DNA of 64,000 bases from an uncultured virus (IMG/VR IMGVR_UViG_3300028833_000062) (Duplodnaviria > Heunggongvirae > Uroviricota > Caudoviricetes), in IMG/VR virus record IMGVR_UViG_3300028833_000062; one strand, written 5' to 3'. Shown here one piece after another: positions 48,988 to 57,343 of the stretch (position 1 is its first letter; every line of letters starts with the position of its first letter). The notes under the pieces were generated by a model. That model worked only from the letters and a program-made list of their open reading frames with translations. It did no database searches and was not told the origin of the DNA. The position numbers and the translations under genes were made by a program.

Positions 48988-50079
48988 ATGTCAGAAGAAT
49001 TAGATATTTTGGGCTTTGATCCCAGTCAATTGAGCGTATTCTCAACAAACAACAGTAATTCAACACAAAACAAGTATCTTTATACAACTCGTCCAGAGGA
49101 TTCAAAGAGTGAAGATCATGTTTATCGTGCAAAGATTAAGGTAATTTATTCTCCTCACAATCTTAAGAATTCTATTCTTGAAGTTCAGTCATATGCAATG
49201 CAAGATGAGAATGGTTACTTTACAGCAAATTCATCTCTTATGATAGGTGATAAGAGTTGTCCTATCTTTACTGCTTGGAAGAAATGCCGTTATGCTGAAG
49301 AAGGTTCAGTTCTTTGGAAGCAAGCAGCTAAAAAGGATGATGGTGGTAAACAACTTTTTGATAAAAGATTTGCTCGTTATGTAACTATTCAGGTTCTTGA
49401 AGATAAGAATAAGCCTGAACTTGAAGGACAATATCTTATTTGGAAACTTCCTTCATCAATTTATGATATGATCATGAAGAAGACTAATCCTGCTAAGGAA
49501 AGTGGTAAGTGTCCTGTTCCTGTAATGGACTTCTTATTTGGTTATCCTATTGAGATTGAAGTAACTCCTGGTCCAGATGATCCTCAACATCCTGAAAGAA
49601 AGAAAAGAGAAACAAGTTATAGTGCTGAATTCTGTGAAGATCCAGAACCATGTACAAATCCTGATAAGAGTTCTCTTCTTGATTTTGATGAAGAAGAAGT
49701 ACTTGATAAGTATGTTTCTCAGATGAAGAAAGTTTGGAAGGAAAAGGATGTAACTAAGAGAGAACAAATGCTTGCAGAGATTTCTCAGAGTGAAAACACA
49801 AAGGCTCTTAGAAAGATTTATTCAAGAGTACTTGATCAGCTTAAGGAATTCTGTCCTGATCTTAATGAAGAGTTTGGTTTCAAGCCTTGGGATGAGGCTC
49901 TCACAAAGAGAGTTCAGAAGTGGATTGATACTGTTCTTAGTGGTAATGAACCTAAGGTTTCTACTTCTGCTCCTGCAGCTGCTGAAACTGCTGGAACAAC
50001 CTCAACAGCAACTGTTGAAGAAGATACTAATGATTCACCTGTTCCTGGAAAGGATGATGACGAAGATCTTCCATTCTAA
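48988..50079 (+). CDS. single-stranded DNA-binding protein, T4 gp32-like
   Basis: SCPI, YVTIQVLED..PELEGQ..IWK, acidic tail ending DDDEDLPF. Confidence 0.75.
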   Translation: MSEELDILGFDPSQLSVFSTNNSNSTQNKYLYTTRPEDSKSEDHVYRAKIKVIYSPHNLKNSILEVQSYAMQDENGYFTANSSLMIGDKSCPIFTAWKKCRYAEEGSVLWKQAAKKDDGGKQLFDKRFARYVTIQVLEDKNKPELEGQYLIWKLPSSIYDMIMKKTNPAKESGKCPVPVMDFLFGYPIEIEVTPGPDDPQHPERKKRETSYSAEFCEDPEPCTNPDKSSLLDFDEEEVLDKYVSQMKKVWKEKDVTKREQMLAEISQSENTKALRKIYSRVLDQLKEFCPDLNEEFGFKPWDEALTKRVQKWIDTVLSGNEPKVSTSAPAAAETAGTTSTATVEEDTNDSPVPGKDDDEDLPF

Positions 50080-50086
50080 AACTAAG

Positions 50087-50112
50087 TCTAGAGAGAGTGA
50101 AATCTCTCTAGA
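50087..50112 (+). terminator. terminator hairpin
   Basis: TCTAGAGAGA-gtgaaa-TCTCTCTAGA. Confidence 0.7.
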
Positions 50113-50140
50113 TTTCCAAATAAATATATTTATATAAAAT

Positions 50141-50311
50141 ATGACTATCGACGGTTTAAATGAAGTAAAACTTCGTGCATTTGAATTAGCTCTTGATATT
50201 CTTAGAGATGAAACTTCTGGAATTACTCATCTTAGCCATGAAGATAAACTAAAATTAGATGTATTTGCATTAGCAGATAAAATTTATAATTATATTTCAA
50301 GTGTAGCATAA
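50141..50311 (+). CDS. small hypothetical protein (56 aa, not in ORF track)
   Basis: MTIDGLNEVKLRAFELALDIL...ALADKIYNYI. Confidence 0.6.
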   Translation: MTIDGLNEVKLRAFELALDILRDETSGITHLSHEDKLKLDVFALADKIYNYISSVA

Positions 50312-50313
50312 TT

Positions 50314-50670
50314 ATGGAAGAGAATAAAGTAATGGATAATTTAAAAGATAAAGTAAATGCTCTTGGTGCAGATACTATTATGGGTACAATGGCTCAAGGT
50401 TCTACTGGTGATGCTCTTGAACGTCTTGATAAACTTAATGAAGCTGTAGCAGAACATAATAATACAGATGTAGATAATGTTGCTGTAACTGGTTCAAATC
50501 CTATTCTTAGAGGTTATCTTCCTAAGACAAGACCAGTTGTAAGAGATAATAAGAAGATTGGAAGAAATGATCCATGTCCATGTGGAGCAGTTGATGAAAA
50601 TGGTAAACCTAAAAAGTATAAAAATTGTTGTATGAATAGTGGTAAATATGAAACTACTCATTTTGAATAA
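50314..50670 (+). CDS. SEC-C motif protein
   Basis: KIGRNDPCPCG..KKYKNCC. Confidence 0.85.
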   Translation: MEENKVMDNLKDKVNALGADTIMGTMAQGSTGDALERLDKLNEAVAEHNNTDVDNVAVTGSNPILRGYLPKTRPVVRDNKKIGRNDPCPCGAVDENGKPKKYKNCCMNSGKYETTHFE

Positions 50671-50742
50671 AATATAATATTATATTTTTAAATGAAAGAC
50701 ATAGTTATCTATGTCTTTTTTAGAATTATATATAGAATAAAA

Positions 50743-51909
50743 ATGCCTAAATATGATTTTTTGATAGTTGGTGCTGGATTTTTTGGCGCTACATGTGCTA
50801 GAAAATTAACAGATTCTGGTTATAAATGTCTTATAGTTGAAAAAGAAAAGACAGTAGGTGGGTTATGTGCTGATTATAGATTAAATGATATTGATATACA
50901 TTCATTTGGTTCACATGTAATACATACAAGCAATGAAGAAGTATATGAATTTTTAAATAAATATTCTAAAATAAATCATCTAGATTATTATGTAAAAGCA
51001 TTGAATAATAATATATATTATTCATATCCATGTAATATGAATGCTTTTTCTCAATTATATAATACTAAATATCCACAAGAAGCAAAAGAAATAATTACTG
51101 ATGATATAAAGAATTATGGTGTAGAATATAGACGTAATCTTGAAGAAGAAACAATATATTGGGGTGGATTTAAATTTTATATAAATCATATAAAAGGATA
51201 TTTTGAAAAGATATATGGTAAGACTTGTAAAGAATTACCTGTAGGATTATTTAGAGATATAAGAGTTGATTATACATATATCAATGATTTTTTTGGTGAA
51301 AAATATGTAGGTATACCAGAAGATGGTTATACTAAATTAGTTGAAAATATAATTGGAGATGATATTGATATTTTATTAAATACAGATTTTTTTAAGAATA
51401 GAGAAAGTTTTATGAATATAGCAAATTTTATTATTTGTACATGTCCAATTGATAAATTCTGTAATTATATATATGGCGCTTTACCATGGTCTACAGTTAA
51501 ATTTGAATTAAAAGATTTTTCAAAAGAAACTAATAATTTCCTTGGTTTTCCTACTCTTAGAATAACAGATCCAAATAATGGTCTTATTCAAATAGATGAA
51601 TATAAATGGTTGACACCAAAAAGATATTCTAATGAATATAATTTACATACATATTTAATGTATACTTATCCTGATAAATGGGATCCAGATAAGAAATGTA
51701 TATATGCTCTAAATGATAATAAAAGTGAGGAATTATTGACAAAATATATATCTTTTGTAAAAGAAAATTTTCCAAATGTTTTATTTGGAGGTCGTCAGGG
51801 ATTATTTAGAAACTTAAATATATGTGAATCTATAAATATAGCTTTTGATTTATCTAACAATATAATTAATAACTTAAAAGAAGCTGACGAAGAAGTAGAG
51901 GCTGAATAA
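50743..51909 (+). CDS. glf: UDP-galactopyranose mutase-like flavoprotein (divergent)
   Basis: IVGAGFFGA (FAD binding), GGLC, GSHVIHT, GIPEDGYT, FGGRQG; start ATG at 50743. Confidence 0.75.
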   Translation: MPKYDFLIVGAGFFGATCARKLTDSGYKCLIVEKEKTVGGLCADYRLNDIDIHSFGSHVIHTSNEEVYEFLNKYSKINHLDYYVKALNNNIYYSYPCNMNAFSQLYNTKYPQEAKEIITDDIKNYGVEYRRNLEEETIYWGGFKFYINHIKGYFEKIYGKTCKELPVGLFRDIRVDYTYINDFFGEKYVGIPEDGYTKLVENIIGDDIDILLNTDFFKNRESFMNIANFIICTCPIDKFCNYIYGALPWSTVKFELKDFSKETNNFLGFPTLRITDPNNGLIQIDEYKWLTPKRYSNEYNLHTYLMYTYPDKWDPDKKCIYALNDNKSEELLTKYISFVKENFPNVLFGGRQGLFRNLNICESINIAFDLSNNIINNLKEADEEVEAE

Positions 51910-51946
51910 TGTTATTATTATATATAAAATAATATAAAGTTATAAA

Positions 51947-53122
51947 ATGTCAAAAGTAACTAATGTTTTAGAAAGAAATTTATCTGATTCAACATCAATA
52001 GTATATTATAATAGTTCATCTGTAGATTCTACTTTTGGTGGTGGATTAATAAAATATATTTGTGAAAATATTACTGATGTATCTGAACAATGTGAATGTT
52101 ATGATATAAAAGATTTTAATATTAATGATTTATATTCTTTATCATATTCATATGTTGATGTACCTCCTAAAAATACATCATACAGTTATAGTTTTAATAA
52201 TGAAACTGCTTCATATTCATATTGTTATAGTATAAAAGTTCCAACATATATAAATGTTTCATTTGTTGGATGTATTCCCCAGAACAATGTAGCTGATTTA
52301 GCTTCAATATATGGTGATACATGTTTATATGTTTTATCAGATAAAGAAAATCTTAATTCATTAAAGAGTGTATCAAATAAAGTAAGTATTGAATATACAC
52401 AAAATGATTCATGTACATTAAATCTTTATAAAATAGCATTTGGAGAATTTGAAGATTCTATTCCTACAGTAATTAAATGTATATCAAATTATGAATTAAA
52501 AGAATTTGATAAAGATTATGAAGAAGGTTTAAGATTCAATTATGGATTTAAACATAATTATACAACATTTAATGAATTCTATTCTAATATTTTAGAAAAT
52601 ATTATTTTAGAGGAAGAAGATGAAAATGTTTCTGAAGAAAGTGTTAATAATACAATTGTAAAATATATTGATGATGGTGAAAACATTATTAATGAAGATA
52701 TTGATTCAATAGTAAGAAATGCAGATATACCTCTTAATGATTTATGGAAAGTTGGAGGAAAAGATGCCGTTTGTATTTTTACAAACGGTCCAATAAGTAA
52801 AGATATTTTAAACAAAATTGACACAGAAAGACTTGTAGTATTTTACAGAAATAAAAACAATAATTGGAATTTAGAACTTTTTGCAAAAGAATTTAGTGTA
52901 GAAGAATTAACAGAACTTGAAGAAAGACTTGATGTTTTAACACAAAAACAAAAATTAACTTCAGAAGAAAAGAAAGAATTAACACTTATTAACAATACAC
53001 TTAACTTTAATTGTGGAGAATATTTGAATAATAATTTTAAAGGTTTTGGTAATAAATATCATGGTTACAGTTTAATTTCTAATGATAAATTTGTAAAACT
53101 TATTAGTACAAAAAAATTCTAA
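51947..53122 (+). CDS. degenerate DHH-family paralog
   Basis: Colinear similarity to 54791..55804 but lacks DxDG, DHH and GGGH. Confidence 0.55.
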   Translation: MSKVTNVLERNLSDSTSIVYYNSSSVDSTFGGGLIKYICENITDVSEQCECYDIKDFNINDLYSLSYSYVDVPPKNTSYSYSFNNETASYSYCYSIKVPTYINVSFVGCIPQNNVADLASIYGDTCLYVLSDKENLNSLKSVSNKVSIEYTQNDSCTLNLYKIAFGEFEDSIPTVIKCISNYELKEFDKDYEEGLRFNYGFKHNYTTFNEFYSNILENIILEEEDENVSEESVNNTIVKYIDDGENIINEDIDSIVRNADIPLNDLWKVGGKDAVCIFTNGPISKDILNKIDTERLVVFYRNKNNNWNLELFAKEFSVEELTELEERLDVLTQKQKLTSEEKKELTLINNTLNFNCGEYLNNNFKGFGNKYHGYSLISNDKFVKLISTKKF

Positions 53123-53158
53123 ATAAACATATACTTTATAAAATATTTACTTTTTGGG

Positions 53159-53224
53159 ATGAGAGTCATATTTATTATGGCTCTCATTTTTTTGAATTAT
53201 ATTTAAATTATTCTATATTATAAT
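53159..53224 (+). promoter_or_regulatory. terminator followed by early-type promoter
   Basis: ATGAGAGTCATA..TATGGCTCTCAT plus T-run; TTGAAT(53192)-N15-CTATATTATAAT. Confidence 0.7.
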
Positions 53225-53244
53225 GTATTTAAAACAAAAGTATA

Positions 53245-53595
53245 ATGGAATTAGTAAAGGTAAACTGTTTGTTATTTACTTCAATACAAGATGATACATA
53301 TCGTGGAGCTAAAACTAGACTTACTGAATTTGCAACAAATTATATAAAGGATAATAATGGATATGATATGCTATTAAATGTAGATAGTATTGTATCTGTT
53401 TCTGAAATTAGTTATAAAACTGTTGCTGGTAAAAGAATATATGGTTTTTATGTATTGACTAATAACAACTATAAATATTGGATAATAAATAATGAAAATA
53501 ATTATGGTCCATTAGAGTCTTTTATATTTAAAAAGGATGATAAAAAACTTATAATTAAACCTGATGAAAAGTTACATCTTAATAAAAAGAGATAA
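53245..53595 (+). CDS. hypothetical protein
   Basis: LLNVDSIVSV strand; C-terminus EKLHLNKKR. Confidence 0.65.
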   Translation: MELVKVNCLLFTSIQDDTYRGAKTRLTEFATNYIKDNNGYDMLLNVDSIVSVSEISYKTVAGKRIYGFYVLTNNNYKYWIINNENNYGPLESFIFKKDDKKLIIKPDEKLHLNKKR

Positions 53596-53936
53596 TGAGT
53601 AAAAGAATAGTCATATTTCTAGATGATTATCGTAAACCTAATAAGTATGTAAACATGAATTTAAATCGTGTTTACCAGGCTTATTCATATAAGGATTTTA
53701 TTGATTTAGTAAATAATCTATATAGAAAATATAATACTATTGATGAGGTATGGTTTGACCATGATCTTGGTCCAGTAGATCAAGGTAATGGTCTTGATTG
53801 TGCAAAATATCTTGTAAATTTTTGTATTGAAAATAATATGACTCTTCCACAGTATCATATTCAATCTGCTAATTCTGTTGGTAAGGCTAATATAGATTCT
53901 TATTTAAAATCATATCTAAAAAGTTTAACATTATAA
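53595..53936 (+). CDS. cyclic-phosphate-processing receiver-like domain protein
   Basis: IFLDDYR, FDHDLG, GLDCAKYL, IQSANSVG. Confidence 0.75.
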   Translation: MSKRIVIFLDDYRKPNKYVNMNLNRVYQAYSYKDFIDLVNNLYRKYNTIDEVWFDHDLGPVDQGNGLDCAKYLVNFCIENNMTLPQYHIQSANSVGKANIDSYLKSYLKSLTL

Positions 53937-53971
53937 TTTCTATATTAATATAACAATATTGCGATTTATTA

Positions 53972-54490
53972 ATGTTAGAATTAAAATATTCATATAAAAA
54001 TTTCTTTGAATGGTATAAAGAAGAACATGCAAAATGGGATAAAGAAAATCCTCATGATATGTATGATTGTGGAATAAGTAAAGAGATGTTTAAGTATTTC
54101 ATTTTGCAATATCTTTATGATGGACCTATTACAGCTACTGATTATGATAAATTAAAAGATATTCTTATAAAACATTCTAAAAGATATTTTAAAGAATGTT
54201 TATATTTAAAATTTTTACATAAAGAATATAAACCTAAAGCAAGAGATGATTTTGATGAATATTTGAATAAAAAATATGAAAATTTCAATACTCGTTTTGA
54301 TAATAGTAAATATAATCAAATATCAGATGAAGTATTTGTTGAATACTGTCAATTATATTTAGATGGTTTTTATTTATCAGAAGATCCAATAAGTACATCA
54401 CAATATGATTTGAATTCTTTACATGATATACTTATTAAACATTCAAAAAGATTTAAAATAGAAAAATATTTATATCAATTATTTAAATGA
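53972..54490 (+). CDS. hypothetical protein with internal duplication
   Basis: IS.E.F....QYL(Y)DG..L.DILIKHSKR occurs twice. Confidence 0.65.
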   Translation: MLELKYSYKNFFEWYKEEHAKWDKENPHDMYDCGISKEMFKYFILQYLYDGPITATDYDKLKDILIKHSKRYFKECLYLKFLHKEYKPKARDDFDEYLNKKYENFNTRFDNSKYNQISDEVFVEYCQLYLDGFYLSEDPISTSQYDLNSLHDILIKHSKRFKIEKYLYQLFK

Positions 54491-54790
54491 ATAAACTAAA
54501 AAATTATGATAATAATTTTATAGAAATACAATATATATATTATAATGATCATGATAAATTTTGTCCTCTTACAGAACAACAAGATTTTATTTTTATTGAA
54601 ACAAATATAAATCCTAATTATATAATTGAAATAACTAAGCCAAAATTATCAAATTTATCTGTAAAAGGATATTATTCAACTTATTCTAGAACTATTGAAA
54701 AAGTATATTTTACAATATTTTTATCAAACAATAGAAAATTATATTTATTAGAAGATCAATACGATAAATTTAAACATTTAATATACAATA

Positions 54791-55804
54791 ATGAATAACG
54801 ATAAGAAATACTTGATTATTTATCATTTTGAAGATAATGATGGTTGTTGCTCTTGTGCAATTATGAAATATTATCTTGTAAATGAGCTTGGTGTTGATGA
54901 GAATAATATTACACTTTTTGGTGCGAATTATGCTATACTTTCTAAAGTATATGCTGATAATTTTAATTTTATCTTAAATAAGAAAGAATATAATATTCTT
55001 GATTTTGATTCTGTTATAATGACAGATATTTCTTTCAATGATTTTAATGCTATAAAAACTCTTTATGAAGAGTTTGGTAATAATTTTACTTGGATTGATC
55101 ATCACGCACCAATTATTACAGAAAGTATAAAAAGAAAATATGATACTCTTATTAATGGTGTAAGAGATACTCATCGTTCTGCACTTCTTAATGCTTATAA
55201 GTATTGTTATGATCCTCTTGATATCAAATATACTAATGGTGAAGCTCCTTATCTTTTAAGAGTACTTTCTGCTTGGGATAGTTTTACATTTGAAAGTGAA
55301 GGAATTGATTTTGAATATGCAAGAAAAGTAAATATGGGATTTACTTCTTGGTATAAACTTAATACAGATATTTGGTATAATAATATTGGTAATTTTATCA
55401 ATGGTACATATGAATTTAATAAATCATATGCTGATGAAGGATGTAAACTTGGAAAGAAAGAAGCTGATGAATATGATAAAAGAAATGAAAGTATAATCAA
55501 GAATTTTGGAATGTCAGGATTCACTGTAGATGGTCGCCCGGCGATGCTTCTTTTTATGTCTGAAGGCACTTCTAGCCTTATCTTTAAGTCTGTATCGGAT
55601 AAATATAAAAATGGCATCTGCGCTAAAACATCGCCTACTGGAAATATTATAATATCTCTTTATAATACTGATAGAATGGATCATACTTTCCATTGTGGAA
55701 CTTATCTTCATGATAAATATGGTGGAGGTGGTCATGAAGGTGCAGCAGGTACTACAATTACTATTGAACAGTTTAATAAGATTCTTAAAACAAAAACTTT
55801 ATAA
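54791..55804 (+). CDS. DHH/DHHA1 phosphoesterase
   Basis: YH..DNDG, MTDIS, WIDHH, GGGGHEGAAG. Confidence 0.88.
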   Translation: MNNDKKYLIIYHFEDNDGCCSCAIMKYYLVNELGVDENNITLFGANYAILSKVYADNFNFILNKKEYNILDFDSVIMTDISFNDFNAIKTLYEEFGNNFTWIDHHAPIITESIKRKYDTLINGVRDTHRSALLNAYKYCYDPLDIKYTNGEAPYLLRVLSAWDSFTFESEGIDFEYARKVNMGFTSWYKLNTDIWYNNIGNFINGTYEFNKSYADEGCKLGKKEADEYDKRNESIIKNFGMSGFTVDGRPAMLLFMSEGTSSLIFKSVSDKYKNGICAKTSPTGNIIISLYNTDRMDHTFHCGTYLHDKYGGGGHEGAAGTTITIEQFNKILKTKTL

Positions 55805-56190
55805 TGAAATACAATAAATATATAATAGTTTGTAATAATGTAAGTAAGTATGATACTGATACAATAGCAAATATTATTAAAAATGAAATATCAGAAAAAT
55901 GGTTTACTCCAACAACAAATACATGGATAATTGCAAAACCTATTGATAATGAAATTTCTTCAGCTGCTGATATTAGAAATAAAATTACTTCTAGAGTATC
56001 ATGTAGTGTTTTTGTAATGCAAATAAAAACAGTAAAAAATTCTGCAGCAAATGGAGAATTTGCAAAAGAAAAAACTTGGGATTGGGTTAAAAAATTCGAT
56101 ACTAATGATTTAGAAAGTAATTTTGATATACCAAATGCTGGTATTTCTATACCAAATAGTGAAATTTCTAATAATTGTTTAAGCTTATAA
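55804..56190 (+). CDS. hypothetical protein
   Basis: ORF coupled to the DHH gene. Confidence 0.6.
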   Translation: MKYNKYIIVCNNVSKYDTDTIANIIKNEISEKWFTPTTNTWIIAKPIDNEISSAADIRNKITSRVSCSVFVMQIKTVKNSAANGEFAKEKTWDWVKKFDTNDLESNFDIPNAGISIPNSEISNNCLSL

Positions 56191-56199
56191 TAAAAGAGA

Positions 56200-56229
56200 A
56201 GAATCCTTAATTAAGGATTCTTTTTTTTA
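56200..56229. terminator. bidirectional terminator
   Basis: AGAATCCTTAATTAAGGATTCT palindrome followed by a T-run. Confidence 0.75.
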
Positions 56230-56231
56230 TT

Positions 56232-57293
56232 TTAAGCTGCATTTTGAACAGTCCATCCATCTGGTATACCATTTATACCACTTGGGAAGTCTGACATAGA
56301 ACTTGATTTAATAAATGTACCACTTGCAGCTACATACTGTACCCAAGAATCAAGACAATATCTATAAGTAGTAATATCTGTTGCAAGACATTTAATATAA
56401 TTAAGACTTGAACAATATTTGAACATTGAACCATAAGAACCTTCATGTAATTGAGGTGCAGGTAATTCTGGCGCAGTAGTTAGAGATGTGCAACCTTCAA
56501 ACATAGATCCATAACAATAATTTGTTAATGATGTAGCAGGAAGTATAAGATTTTGTGCACTAGTTAATCCAGTACAGTTTTTAAATAAACCACTAAATGC
56601 ATTTGCTATATCTATAGAATAAATTGAACTAAAATTATTTAAACTATATATGCTCATTATATTACCACTTACACTAAATCCTGCAGTGGATGAATCAAAA
56701 TTAATATTCTTATATCTATAACAATTACCTCTAAATTTAACAATATCCCCAACAGAAACAGATATTGTACTTGTTACGCTAACCCAAGAACCTCCATTCT
56801 TTTGATATTCATAAGAACCATTATCTATGCTTGATATATTAGTAGCTATATTACCAGCAGATGTAATATTAAATGTAAGATATTCTTGAGAATAATCTGT
56901 TTCTGGATTTACAGGAGCTACATAAGTTGCAGTATATGAAACAACTTCACTTGAAAATCCATCTTTTGTTGCATAGGCATAATAAGTTCCACTTTGAGAT
57001 ATACTTATAGCAGAACTATAGACTAAATAATCTGCATCATTACTTTCTTTATAATATATAGTAGAACCATCTGTAGAACAAGTAATTGTAATAGTATTAT
57101 TTGAAAATGAAAATACTGGTTCTGATACAGTAGTAATTGGTTCACTTCCACCAGATGTTTCAATTGCCGCTATATAAAGAGCAAATTGGTCTAATTTAAC
57201 AGTACTTGGAACAGTTACTCCTTTAGCTTGTATAGCTGACCTTATAGCAGCCTTGGCATTTATTAATCTAGTTATTTCAGATGCTATACTCAT
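56232..57293 (-). CDS. tail-fibre/adhesin protein with FN3-like and BspA-like LRR segments
   Basis: MSIASEITRL..AKAAI..AI..KGV N-terminus; TITC.T.GSTIYY; TTAPELPA/CY..MF repeats; NGIPDGWTV. Confidence 0.7.
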   Translation of the reverse strand: MSIASEITRLINAKAAIRSAIQAKGVTVPSTVKLDQFALYIAAIETSGGSEPITTVSEPVFSFSNNTITITCSTDGSTIYYKESNDADYLVYSSAISISQSGTYYAYATKDGFSSEVVSYTATYVAPVNPETDYSQEYLTFNITSAGNIATNISSIDNGSYEYQKNGGSWVSVTSTISVSVGDIVKFRGNCYRYKNINFDSSTAGFSVSGNIMSIYSLNNFSSIYSIDIANAFSGLFKNCTGLTSAQNLILPATSLTNYCYGSMFEGCTSLTTAPELPAPQLHEGSYGSMFKYCSSLNYIKCLATDITTYRYCLDSWVQYVAASGTFIKSSSMSDFPSGINGIPDGWTVQNAA

Positions 57294-57343
57294 AATTATA
57301 TATTCTTTAATTTATTATCCATAATTACCAATTTATATTGATA

